A stretch of DNA of 64,000 nt from Sedimenticolaceae bacterium (GCA_963691905.1 OY829891.1:293795-357794), one strand, 5' to 3'; positions 10,901-18,139 are shown, counted from the first letter of the stretch. Notes: generated by a model from the letters alone, not told the origin. Made by a program: numbers and translations.

Positions 10901-11221
10901 GGAAACGTCTGGGAGTGGTGTCTGAATGAGCGTGATGAACCAGCAAATACACAGACCAGCGGTACGAAGCGGCGCGTGTTGCGCGGCGGGTCCTGGTTCT
11001 TCAATCTAGACAACGCCCGCGCGTCGATTCGCAACAACAACGAACCGGACAACCGTAACAACAATCTGGGTTTTCGGTTGAGTTGTTCGTCCCACATCGC
11101 CCCTGTTCTTCCTATTGCCGGTACTGCCTGCCGATCACGATTTGCAGGCCGAGGCGAAGAACGGATTGATGGCGCGGGATGGTCCCGTCCGCACTGTAAC
11201 AATACCGTCGGGCATATATAA
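7988..11221 (+). CDS. DUF4062 - NACHT (STAND NTPase) - FGE-sulfatase/C-type-lectin-fold protein; DGR target 1
   Basis: The N-terminus reads IRIFVGSPGDVEEER...TGTEYEFYSA (DUF4062-like). Walker A is GAPGRGKTT and Walker B is LLIIDGFDEVP (NACHT-like). The C-terminus reads RYPVTNAQFQAFI..HPRERVSWYEAMAFCAWL..GNVWEWC..RVLRGGSW...LGFRLSC (FGE/SUMF1-like). The likely true start is the ATG at 8069 (MEKEEKS). The last 48 codons after LSCSS look like read-through of non-coding DNA. Confidence 0.85.
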   Translation: MKSWSNHQNEIRLTSDAKPSKSTRNDTMEKEEKSIIRIFVGSPGDVEEERKAAFEVIDQLNNHHWRPRNIAVKGYGWDNTHYPKLIPNSPQADIETSLPKMAEYDICIFILCHRLGTPLDESFAPLDDDGRQPTGTEYEFYSARNTETPPQILLYRREKAFSLQPDMPQTDQIEAFEQFQLANAFIEKNTKEGKTFTGDYHKHKTDDDFKTRLEKDLTALVNRLLKTPAQPDKPKTDQPASIPSSYLNWLRHKASDITLLGLDNKEAHNVRLPQVYVPAITPTPTEEGEEKKERWEVDREGHDLLLTRLNQDSLYLPGAPGRGKTTFCNWVCWVVASSTIPADDHKLAAEYQEELPQDLLGRLPVLCRLREFWGHMTCRKDNGDWTRTQLETALCNWLDKKKPDGLTSARFLEHLKRGNCLLIIDGFDEVPPSREYDGHIEYPRAALLSGLKKALPHWIEGGNRILLTSRPYGLSPGERQGLGLAESELSALTGGLQRLFVQRWFHAADREKGTIKADGLLQQLDARPDLNEFRTNPMLLTALCVKYDEGSRLPKDIHDLYSAVINQVLHNRYLDRAHEVAKVRRRLGVIAWEMHSGDLAGKQRSVPDAEIHEEEIEGVLIDYAHSKPHDEGGEDDASDKREDLLSRSGLLLPTENNQAEFYHLSFQDFLAAERFVRSGQSVEDLVASHAGTSQWRQTLLFLFARLTSREDLDTALERFSVLGDFLDRDSLRQNPRPAILLGDCLEIAQARGEIGEWGMVYRQACYTALEVVKSPEHREALFRALGAAGLDDRPGVGLDENDLPDIAWQDIPAGEVTLSGNAGSFPVGTFRLSRYPVTNAQFQAFIDDDKGYKNPEWWADLEVEPGKPLSSQWKEDNHPRERVSWYEAMAFCAWLSHRLGYRMSPPTEWQWQQAATSGNPGQDYPWEKEYKSGRANIDETSGGAGSHYLRRTTAVGIYPQGNSAQKVSDLAGNVWEWCLNERDEPANTQTSGTKRRVLRGGSWFFNLDNARASIRNNNEPDNRNNNLGFRLSCSSHIAPVLPIAGTACRSRFAGRGEERIDGAGWSRPHCNNTVGHI
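10973..11093 (+). repeat. DGR repeat copy 1 (AAC-rich; VR of target 1 and/or TR-like)
   Basis: This 121-nt block matches the reverse complement of 12870-12990 at 108/121 positions. It encodes ...SWFFNLDNARASIRNNNEPDNRNNNLGFRLSCSS. Confidence 0.8.
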
Positions 11222-11260
11222 AAAAGGGGCGCTTCCCGGACACTGTTCCCGAAGCGCCCC
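11219..11260 (-). terminator. Rho-independent terminator of avd (U-run only on the minus strand)
   Basis: The stem is GGGGCGCTTC (11226-11235) paired with GAAGCGCCCC (11251-11260). An A6 run at 11220-11225 gives a T-run after the hairpin on the minus strand, just downstream of the avd stop at 11264. Confidence 0.7.
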
Positions 11261-11263
11261 GCC

Positions 11264-11617
11264 CTATCCATGATCCGTTCGGGCCTGCCGCAACCAGCCA
11301 CCTAATAGACGGCCGATCTCCGCCACCATCTCACTCACATGTTGATATTGCCCATGGCTCAGCCATTGCCATCTATGGATGAGTTTCAGATAGTTGCGAA
11401 GTCTTGACAGCGAAGCATCGGCGGATTGCAACGCCACCAATCGCTCACACCCCTGTTGTGCCTGTGCATCTCCCAAAGCCTCGTAAAGATCCAACCCCGA
11501 ATCCATAAGACGTTGTGTTACCGTGTGACGATAGACCCTTGGGAAACGCTCTGACTTTGGCAACAGCCAGTCGAGCAGGTCAAACACACGTACAAATATC
11601 ACCATCTCCTGTGTCAT
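11264..11617 (-). CDS. avd: DGR accessory variability determinant-like four-helix-bundle protein (Avd)
   Basis: 117 aa. The [25 protein letters not shown].. pattern fits the Avd / '23S rRNA IVS' four-helix-bundle family. A strong AGGAGG Shine-Dalgarno sequence lies 8 nt upstream of the ATG. The gene is adjacent to the DGR RT. Confidence 0.8.
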   Translation of the reverse strand: MTQEMVIFVRVFDLLDWLLPKSERFPRVYRHTVTQRLMDSGLDLYEALGDAQAQQGCERLVALQSADASLSRLRNYLKLIHRWQWLSHGQYQHVSEMVAEIGRLLGGWLRQARTDHG

Positions 11618-11621
11618 TCAG

Positions 11622-12698
11622 ATGTCCTCCTTTAGCACACTATTCAAACAAATCTGTGATTGGGAAAACCTGCTTATGGCCTACCGGAAGGCAGCCAGGG
11701 GCAAGCGCGGTCATCCCAACGTAGCGCAGTTTGATTTCAGACAGGCGGATGAGTTGCTAAGTCTTCGCAGCGAATTGCTTGCTGGAAATTACCGGCCCGG
11801 ACCTTATGTGAACTTCCATATTCACGAGCCCAAGCGGCGCAAAATCAGCGCCGCCCCTTTCCGCGACAGGGTAGTGCATCACGCACTATGTAATCTATTG
11901 GAACCCAGGTTCGAAAGACACTTCATTCCTGATAGTTACGCCAACCGGGTCGATAAGGGAACTCACCGGGCAGTGGATCGCTTGCAGGCATTCTCACAGC
12001 GTTTCCGCTACATACTGCGGGCGGACATCGTCAAACATTTCCCATCCATTGATCACACAGTTCTCAAGGAGATCCTGCATCGCCGAATTGAAGAGGATGA
12101 TGTCATGGTACTGGTTCGTACCATCATCGACAGTGGTGCCGGTGTGTTGGATGACGAATATGAGATGCAGTGGTTTCCGCAAGACGACCTGCTTGCTGCC
12201 TGCCGGCCGCGCGGCCTGCCCATCGGTAATCTGACATCACAGTTCTGGTCCAACTGCTACCTCGACCCTTTTGACCATTTCGTGAAACGTGAACTCGGCT
12301 GCAAAGCCTACCTGCGTTATGTTGATGACTTTGCCCTCTTCAGCAACAGCAAGGCAGAACTCTGGGCCTGGAAACGTGCAATCATCGAACGCCTGCAACG
12401 GTTTCGGCTGGTCATCCATGAATCTGCCGCTCAGGTTTTGCCGGTTGAGTGCGGAATTCCCTGGCTCGGCTTCGTGGTCTATCCGACTCACCGGCGCATC
12501 AAGGCACGTAAAGTACGTACTGCCACACGGCATTTAGCTGAACGGATGCAAGCCTGGAAACAGGGCAGGATCAGCTTCGCAGAACTTGACGCCTGCATTA
12601 ACGGCTGGGTCAACCATGTACGTTACGCTGACACCTGGGGACTACGCCGTTCTGTTTTCAACCGGCTTGCCACAAATGAGCGGGAAACCAAAATGTAG
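11622..12698 (+). CDS. DGR-type reverse transcriptase
   Basis: 358 aa with RT motifs: [34 protein letters not shown] (the DGR hallmark [ILV]GxxxSQ) and [12 protein letters not shown] (YxDD). Confidence 0.9.
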   Translation: MSSFSTLFKQICDWENLLMAYRKAARGKRGHPNVAQFDFRQADELLSLRSELLAGNYRPGPYVNFHIHEPKRRKISAAPFRDRVVHHALCNLLEPRFERHFIPDSYANRVDKGTHRAVDRLQAFSQRFRYILRADIVKHFPSIDHTVLKEILHRRIEEDDVMVLVRTIIDSGAGVLDDEYEMQWFPQDDLLAACRPRGLPIGNLTSQFWSNCYLDPFDHFVKRELGCKAYLRYVDDFALFSNSKAELWAWKRAIIERLQRFRLVIHESAAQVLPVECGIPWLGFVVYPTHRRIKARKVRTATRHLAERMQAWKQGRISFAELDACINGWVNHVRYADTWGLRRSVFNRLATNERETKM

Positions 12699-12762
12699 GA
12701 GCGGCGCCCTCGCCGCGATTTATCTATCTATGGAGTAATCGCGGCGGGGCGCCGCTCCTACA
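12694..12762. terminator. Long GC-rich palindrome (REP-like) between the convergent RT and target-2 genes
   Basis: TGTAGGAGCGGCGCCCTCGCCGCGATT-loop-AATCGCGGCGGGGCGCCGCTCCTACA forms a ~25-bp stem with one bulge. It overlaps the RT stop codon. It is a plausible bidirectional terminator. Confidence 0.6.
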
Positions 12763-12852
12763 GGTACCTTGCATGAAAATATTCGTCACCGCCGCTATCG
12801 CGGCAGATCAGTGAACAGAAAAGCAGTGATTCAGTGTTCAGAGCCACAGTGG

Positions 12853-15800
12853 TCAGTCTTTCTTGATGGGGGACGAACAACTCAACCGAAAACCCAGATT
12901 GTAGTAACGGGAGTCCGGTACGTTGTAGTAGCGAACCGACGCGCGGGCGTAGTCTTGATCGTAGAGCCAGGACCCGCCGCGCAACACGCGACTTTCCGTG
13001 CCGCTGGTTTGTGTATTGGCTGGATCGCCATACTCGTTCAGACACCATTCCCAGACGTTTCCTGCAAGATCTGACACCCCTTGCCCTGAGTTACCCTGGG
13101 GATAGATACCAACTGCCGTGGTTCGGCGCAGATAGTGAGAACCTGCACCTCTTACAGTCTCATCAATATTGGCCAGCCCTCTTTCGTACTCCGAACCCCA
13201 AGGGTAGTCCTGACCTGGATTGCCGCTCGATGCCGCCTGCTGCCACTGCCACTCAGTCGGCAGACTCACCGTGTATCCCAGCCGGTCGGAGAGCCAGGCG
13301 CAGAAGGCCATCGCCTCGTACCAGGAGACTGTCTCCCGAGGATGATTGGGTTCGCTCCAACTGGGCATTCCAGGTGTATCTGGCTTCTCATCCAGTTTCA
13401 CCCACCATTCGCGGTTTTGATATCCCTTGTCATCATCGATAAAGGTCTGGAACTGGGCGTTGGTAACCGGATAACTGGCCAGGTAAAAGTGTTCGACAGG
13501 GAAAGTACCTGCATCGTCCTCCAGGCTGACTTCATCGGCAGCGGGAATCTCACACCACTCAATATCAGGTAATCCATTTTTATCCAGCCCGACCCCGGGG
13601 CGTGGATCTCCGATGCCACCCAGCATCCTCCCCGCCTCGGTCCGTTCCTCGATTGTCAAAGCGGTGGAATCTTCGATGAGTTCGACAATGAGCCTGCGTA
13701 TCTTTTTACACTGACGGGGAAAGCCGGTGTCGTCCAGGCCAGTCAGCCCCAGTTCCATCAGGCTCAGGCCCGCCAATACCGAGACCTGGTGGCGGATGGT
13801 TTCGACCGCCTCTTCAGCAGTCTCCAGCATATCCTCGATGTAGCCGATGGCGGGGCGGGGTTTCTTGCGCTGCTCCAGAACCGCCAGCAGAAAGGTCTCC
13901 CGCCACCAGACCGGGTCGGTACAGACCTCGCGGCTCAGGGCGTCATCGGTGCGGGAACTGAGCCAGCCCATGGCCAGGTATTCCTGAAACGAGCGATGGG
14001 GAAAGGCATAGTGGTCCCTGCCACGGCTGATAAGGATACCGCTGTGCTGCTCCAGATAGGCCAGCAGGTCGTCCCTGCCCAATGTCGCCAGCAGGGGTTC
14101 AAAGACGTCCAGCAACTGGCTGCGGCTGATATTAGCGACACCGGTACTGTCGCGCTGCTCACGCTGGGTCTTGTGCGCCGACCAGGCAAGTCTCTGCAGG
14201 CATTCACGCAAGACCGGTTCCGGCAGGCTCAGGGGCTGACCATCGCAGTTTCGAAAACAGCGGTTGGCACGCCACTGGTAGAGCAGCAGGTTGACGCTGT
14301 CACGGTAGAGTTCAGCACGATCCTCCGGCAGGCTGCCGCCACTGGCGTGCAGGGTGGCGATGAGAGTCAGCAGCAGGGGACGACGGGCCAGTTCCCGCAG
14401 GTGTTCACGATTTTCGACCCGCTCCACCATATCAGGCACGCGAAGCTTCAAATCCTGTTCGCGCAGGCCGAATCGCTCTCTCGCCGCCCGATACCAGCCG
14501 TGGATGAACTGGCTTCGCTGTCCTTCATCAAATGGGGTGAGGAAGAGCGGGGTGAAACCGGACAGGCGCCAGCCGGGATCAGTGTATGCGTAGGGACGGG
14601 CGGTCAACATGAAACGGGTCGACGCCGGCAGCTCTTCCACCAGCGCACGAATCGCCTGCAACAGGTGAGTACGGCGCTCACCGGCGGCAGGTACCTCGTC
14701 GAGTCCGTCGAGCAGGATCATTCCCCCTGGGTTCTCGTTCAGTCGATGACGCAGGGCGCTCACCACTTGCGGGGCTTTTTTGCCCCTGCCTTGGGCGCTG
14801 CCTTCCAGCAGGTCACGGATATCCGCCTCCAGCGCCTGCCACAGCCACTTGGCACTTCCCACTTTGGCGTTGCCGGGGATCTCAACCTGCCGCAGGACGA
14901 TACGCACAGGAATCCTGCCCTGAAGTAGATCAGGCAGTTCGGCATCCGCCTTATTCGCAGACAACTGCCAGGCGAGCTGGTTGACCAGGGCCGACTTGCC
15001 TGCGCCAGGATCGCCGATCAACACCGCGTGGGATTCACGGGCCAACAGATCGAGAACCGGCACGGGTTCACCACTTTTGCCTTCGGTCATTTTGCGAATG
15101 TGGTCTGGAACCTCTTCGTCCTGCTCCAGCCACTTTTCCGGTGGAGCAACGGCCTTCAGAGGAACAAAGATATCCGGCAGGCGGATGGGGTCGGCTGGCT
15201 GTTCCAGACCCTGACGGGCGTCCAGCACCTCCAGGGGAAGCCGGGCGCAGTCGACGGCCTGGATGCGTAACCACTCTGCCAGGAGTTGGTCGTCCGGCGG
15301 CGGGTCGGGTGGGTCACCGGTGCCGTCGCCCTGCTGGTTCCAGGGCTTTTTCGGATCGTTGAGCCATTGATTGAGATCACGCGCCAGCAGCACGGGGAAG
15401 TCGTCAGTGGTTTCGAAATTTGCGGTGAAGAGTTGGTCTTCGCCTTCCTTGTTCAGGTGCGCTCTGAAAGCATCAACCTCTCGTTTCTGGTTTAGGATTC
15501 CGGCCAGTTCGTCGGTATCCGTGGGTGGTCCACCCTTTTCCCAACCGTTGCGGAAGAACCATTTGATCTCCGGGTAGTCGCCATGCGCCCGACGAATATT
15601 CATGGCGACAGTGAACTCCTCCTCGGTGCCTGAGTTGAAGTCACCAGTCGGTGTGCCAAAACGCTGCCCCAGCAGGCCAATAACCAGTGCAAGGGAAGGT
15701 CTGAATTTGATTAAGGTCTGTTGAGTGATCAGCGCTTGGGGACGACCAACGCCAATATCGGTCTGGTTTTCCCAGTCGATAAGATCGAACTGAAAACCCC

Positions 15801-15930
15801 TGGGATTGGCGGTATCCCGATTGTAGGCCTTGAAAAAATCACGCACCGCCTGGCGCTCTTCGGCCATATCGCCGGGTGAGGCGAGGAACACATGATAGAT
15901 CTTGCGATCAGCGGGTTTCGGCGACGACAT
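12853..15930 (-). CDS. DUF4062 - NACHT (STAND NTPase) - FGE-sulfatase/C-type-lectin-fold protein; DGR target 2
   Basis: 1025 aa. The N-terminus reads KIYHVFLASPGDMAEER...SGTEEEFTVA. Walker A is GDPGAGKS and Walker B is MILLDGLDEVP. The C-terminal FGE-like domain is collinear with target 1 and ends ...SWLYDQDYARASVRYYNVPDSRYYNLGFRLSCSSPIKKD. Confidence 0.85.
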   Translation of the reverse strand: MSSPKPADRKIYHVFLASPGDMAEERQAVRDFFKAYNRDTANPRGFQFDLIDWENQTDIGVGRPQALITQQTLIKFRPSLALVIGLLGQRFGTPTGDFNSGTEEEFTVAMNIRRAHGDYPEIKWFFRNGWEKGGPPTDTDELAGILNQKREVDAFRAHLNKEGEDQLFTANFETTDDFPVLLARDLNQWLNDPKKPWNQQGDGTGDPPDPPPDDQLLAEWLRIQAVDCARLPLEVLDARQGLEQPADPIRLPDIFVPLKAVAPPEKWLEQDEEVPDHIRKMTEGKSGEPVPVLDLLARESHAVLIGDPGAGKSALVNQLAWQLSANKADAELPDLLQGRIPVRIVLRQVEIPGNAKVGSAKWLWQALEADIRDLLEGSAQGRGKKAPQVVSALRHRLNENPGGMILLDGLDEVPAAGERRTHLLQAIRALVEELPASTRFMLTARPYAYTDPGWRLSGFTPLFLTPFDEGQRSQFIHGWYRAARERFGLREQDLKLRVPDMVERVENREHLRELARRPLLLTLIATLHASGGSLPEDRAELYRDSVNLLLYQWRANRCFRNCDGQPLSLPEPVLRECLQRLAWSAHKTQREQRDSTGVANISRSQLLDVFEPLLATLGRDDLLAYLEQHSGILISRGRDHYAFPHRSFQEYLAMGWLSSRTDDALSREVCTDPVWWRETFLLAVLEQRKKPRPAIGYIEDMLETAEEAVETIRHQVSVLAGLSLMELGLTGLDDTGFPRQCKKIRRLIVELIEDSTALTIEERTEAGRMLGGIGDPRPGVGLDKNGLPDIEWCEIPAADEVSLEDDAGTFPVEHFYLASYPVTNAQFQTFIDDDKGYQNREWWVKLDEKPDTPGMPSWSEPNHPRETVSWYEAMAFCAWLSDRLGYTVSLPTEWQWQQAASSGNPGQDYPWGSEYERGLANIDETVRGAGSHYLRRTTAVGIYPQGNSGQGVSDLAGNVWEWCLNEYGDPANTQTSGTESRVLRGGSWLYDQDYARASVRYYNVPDSRYYNLGFRLSCSSPIKKD
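12870..12990 (-). repeat. DGR variable repeat (VR) of target 2
   Basis: This is the 121-nt partner of 10973-11093. TAC/TCC/GAT/GTT/GTA codons occur where copy 1 has AAC/AAT/ATT/GAA. Confidence 0.85.
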
Positions 15931-16012
15931 GTTCTTCCCTGATTACAACAGTGGAATATAACCTACGGATCTTTTGTTGGAAATTCAATTCCGTACATCT
16001 CAGGATCATCAG

Positions 16013-16094
16013 CATCTCGACCACGGGAAGGGGTCTCCTGCTTGCATCCCGTTGGCAGCAATGTAGCACGAGATCTCTCCCCACGGTCGAGATG
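16013..16094 (-). other. Conserved structured intergenic element, copy A (18-bp stem hairpin on the minus-strand transcript)
   Basis: On the minus strand, CATCTCGACCGTGGGGAG...CTTCCCGTGGTCGAGATG pairs over 18 bp with G-U wobbles. It lies between the DUF4157-A stop and the target-2 start. The same element is at 18445-18526 with a compensatory pair change. Confidence 0.5.
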
Positions 16095-16141
16095 ACAAAT
16101 GATCAGGGATATCGCAGGTAATGCGGAATCAGACAACCCCA

Positions 16142-18019
16142 TCAAGGCCCGGCCGCCGCACCGACCAGACCCAGCACACTCTCGCCGGAGAGACCATCGA
16201 GCGCGGTTTGAGTGCCTCTAGCGTAGTTTGGATGCGCATCAATGGCATTTTCAAGATTAGTGGTAATATTCGCCTCGCTCATCGCCAGCGCTGCCGCGAC
16301 ATTCGCTTCTGAAACGGAGGGATCCTGCACGATAATTCGGCTGCATATGTCCCGATAATGCGCAGTATTACCCTTTGCCGCCAAGACCATTGCCCATTGC
16401 AGCAGAGCGCTGGTGGCTGATCTTCTGTAACCGCGAATGGCCGCAGGTTGTTCTGCAGCCGGGAGCGCCAAGATCTCATCCATTATATATCGCATCTGGC
16501 TGGTATAGGCCCGTGCCTCGAGTTCAAGCACACGGCGTTGTGTGATACCTGCACTCGCGGCGTCATCGGCGGCGTGGGTCAATTCATGGATGACCAGTGC
16601 TCGCGAATCAATCGCCGCAACGTCCAGATTGGTCGGCAGATAGAGCGTATCCCCTTTTTCCTGGTCTCTCCTGCCTATCGGTGAGTAGAAGGCACCGGCG
16701 CCATTACCTGATGTCAAACTCCGGAAGGCACGGGGGATCAGGGCATCGATCTTTATCTGACCACTCCTGATCTGTCCTGCGGTAGAGTGACCTGCTGTCC
16801 GGGCGATGACATAGACGATCCCGGCCATTACTTTATCCCCCGAACTACTGTCGGATGCCGCATTCAACATCGCACCCAATACTTCAAGGGAGGGAATGCT
16901 GTGTGTTTCCATATAGGCAATCAATGCAGTCGCCTGTCTCTGGAACTGCGGACCGGCGTGTCGAAGAATCTCTGTGGTTGCCGCCGCATCAGCCTCAGCC
17001 AATAAGACCATTCCACGTTCAAGATCAACACCCAATGTCGTGATGGCTGTCCACAACTGCAGAATGAGAGCATCCGGTATCTGCTCCCGTCCGATATTTC
17101 GCACACGTTCACGGTTGGCCGCAGTGATGGTGTTGATTACGATACTCAGCGTCCCGGTTCCGTGCGCCTGAAGCAATGGGACATTGACCGGATTGAGCAT
17201 CGACGCCATCAAGAGCCGTTCCGCATGGGTAACCGTACCGCGAACCTGCAACGCGTAGATACGCAGTGCATTGAGCTCGTTATCCGTCAGGGCGCCATCA
17301 CCGACAAAACGTTTTATGCGTCTGAAGAAGCCCGCCGTGATACCGCTGCCGACCCGGAACAGATAGTTACCGGTAGGCACGTTTGCCGCATCGAGCTCAA
17401 TCTCCCGCTGGACTATGGAAAACCGTTGTAGGCCTCCAGCGCCACGATTCTGTTGCACCACATGAGTCAACTCATGGGCCAGCAGGTGTTTTCCGGTTTT
17501 CGTCTCGGGATTGTACTTTCCTGAGTTGAAATAGATGTCTTTCCCGTGGGTAAACGCCTGGGCACCGACAGCCCGGTTCAGGCTGGCGGATTCACTGTCT
17601 GTGTGTAGCCGCACATCACTGAAATCGAAACCCAGCGACTGCGACATCTCCCTATGGGTTGGTGTTGGCAGTCTACTGCCGCTTCCCTTGGTGGATTGCA
17701 ATCTGGCAGCCATGCCGACTGGCGCGGAGGGTACAGCTGGCCGGTGACCGGCCCGTCGTTGAATGGCGAAGAAGCCCTGCTGTTGCGGGGATAAAGCGTG
17801 TTCAGAACGCTGGACAACTGCAGTGGCGACGCTGTCGGCTTCCTTCTCATACTGATCGCCGGGCTGTCCGATCGTCAGCTTTGTCTGAAAGAACGCGCCC
17901 TGCTGAGACCTCTGCCCCGATGCCTTGCCGGTATGGGAGAAAAAAGGTTGCTCCTGCCTGTCAATCGCTTGGATTCCACGCCGCCTGCGTGGACGATACG
18001 CTCTAATGTCCCTGTTCAT
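16142..18019 (-). CDS. DUF4157 (zincin-like) domain protein, paralog A
   Basis: 625 aa. The N-terminal layout is typical of DUF4157: FFQTKLTIGQPGDQYEKEAD...FGFDFSDVRLHTD...AFTHGKDIYF...LLAHELTHVVQQ. A second HExxH (VIHELTHAADD) lies in the C-terminal half. Confidence 0.8.
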   Translation of the reverse strand: MNRDIRAYRPRRRRGIQAIDRQEQPFFSHTGKASGQRSQQGAFFQTKLTIGQPGDQYEKEADSVATAVVQRSEHALSPQQQGFFAIQRRAGHRPAVPSAPVGMAARLQSTKGSGSRLPTPTHREMSQSLGFDFSDVRLHTDSESASLNRAVGAQAFTHGKDIYFNSGKYNPETKTGKHLLAHELTHVVQQNRGAGGLQRFSIVQREIELDAANVPTGNYLFRVGSGITAGFFRRIKRFVGDGALTDNELNALRIYALQVRGTVTHAERLLMASMLNPVNVPLLQAHGTGTLSIVINTITAANRERVRNIGREQIPDALILQLWTAITTLGVDLERGMVLLAEADAAATTEILRHAGPQFQRQATALIAYMETHSIPSLEVLGAMLNAASDSSSGDKVMAGIVYVIARTAGHSTAGQIRSGQIKIDALIPRAFRSLTSGNGAGAFYSPIGRRDQEKGDTLYLPTNLDVAAIDSRALVIHELTHAADDAASAGITQRRVLELEARAYTSQMRYIMDEILALPAAEQPAAIRGYRRSATSALLQWAMVLAAKGNTAHYRDICSRIIVQDPSVSEANVAAALAMSEANITTNLENAIDAHPNYARGTQTALDGLSGESVLGLVGAAAGP

Positions 18020-18139
18020 GATATCGGTGTTTTTTCAGATCCATCCTTAAAAGGTAGACCACTATTCACTGATCTGCCCGTAGAAGCGCTGCCCCGGCAC
18101 GATCCGGCGTGGGGGGGGAATACAGGCGCCTTTTCGCCG

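Noticed and set aside
11097-11221. The 48-codon C-terminal extension of target 1 (HIAPVLPIAGTACRSRFAGRGEERIDGAGWSRPHCNNTVGHI) as a possible extra domain.
   Set aside because: It has no counterpart in the paralog, which stops 5 codons after LSCSS. The composition is non-descript, and the ORF ends only at the A-run of the avd terminator. I interpret it as read-through of formerly non-coding DNA.
11622-12698. Retron, group II intron or Abi-type interpretation of the reverse transcriptase.
   Set aside because: The gene has the DGR-specific IGNLTSQ motif and an adjacent Avd-like gene. An A-biased repeat pair lies in the neighbouring genes. There is no intron RNA domain, maturase X/En domain or msr/msd-like inverted repeats next to it.
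12786-12806. Small hairpins downstream of the repeats as DGR cruciform/IMH-associated structures. On the minus strand these are CTGCCGC-GATA-GCGGCGG at 12789-12806, and on the plus strand GCCTGC-N12-GCAGGC at 11126-11149.
   Set aside because: The stems are short (6-7 bp). They lie 28-60 nt away from the end of the repeat rather than directly after it, and they are not conserved between the two copies. This is insufficient to call.
13789-14928. Long antisense ORFs, for example the 379-aa ORF inside DGR target 2. Others are 23583-25124, 25118-25996, 27742-28521 and 28864-29871 inside the ABC importer genes, 21697-22518 inside the metzincin gene, and 57350-58306 opposite the aminotransferase gene.
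   Set aside because: All lie fully within, and antisense to, ORFs that have clear family motifs. Their translations are low-complexity (R/G/H/Q-rich) with no recognisable motifs. This is typical shadow-ORF behaviour in GC-rich coding DNA.
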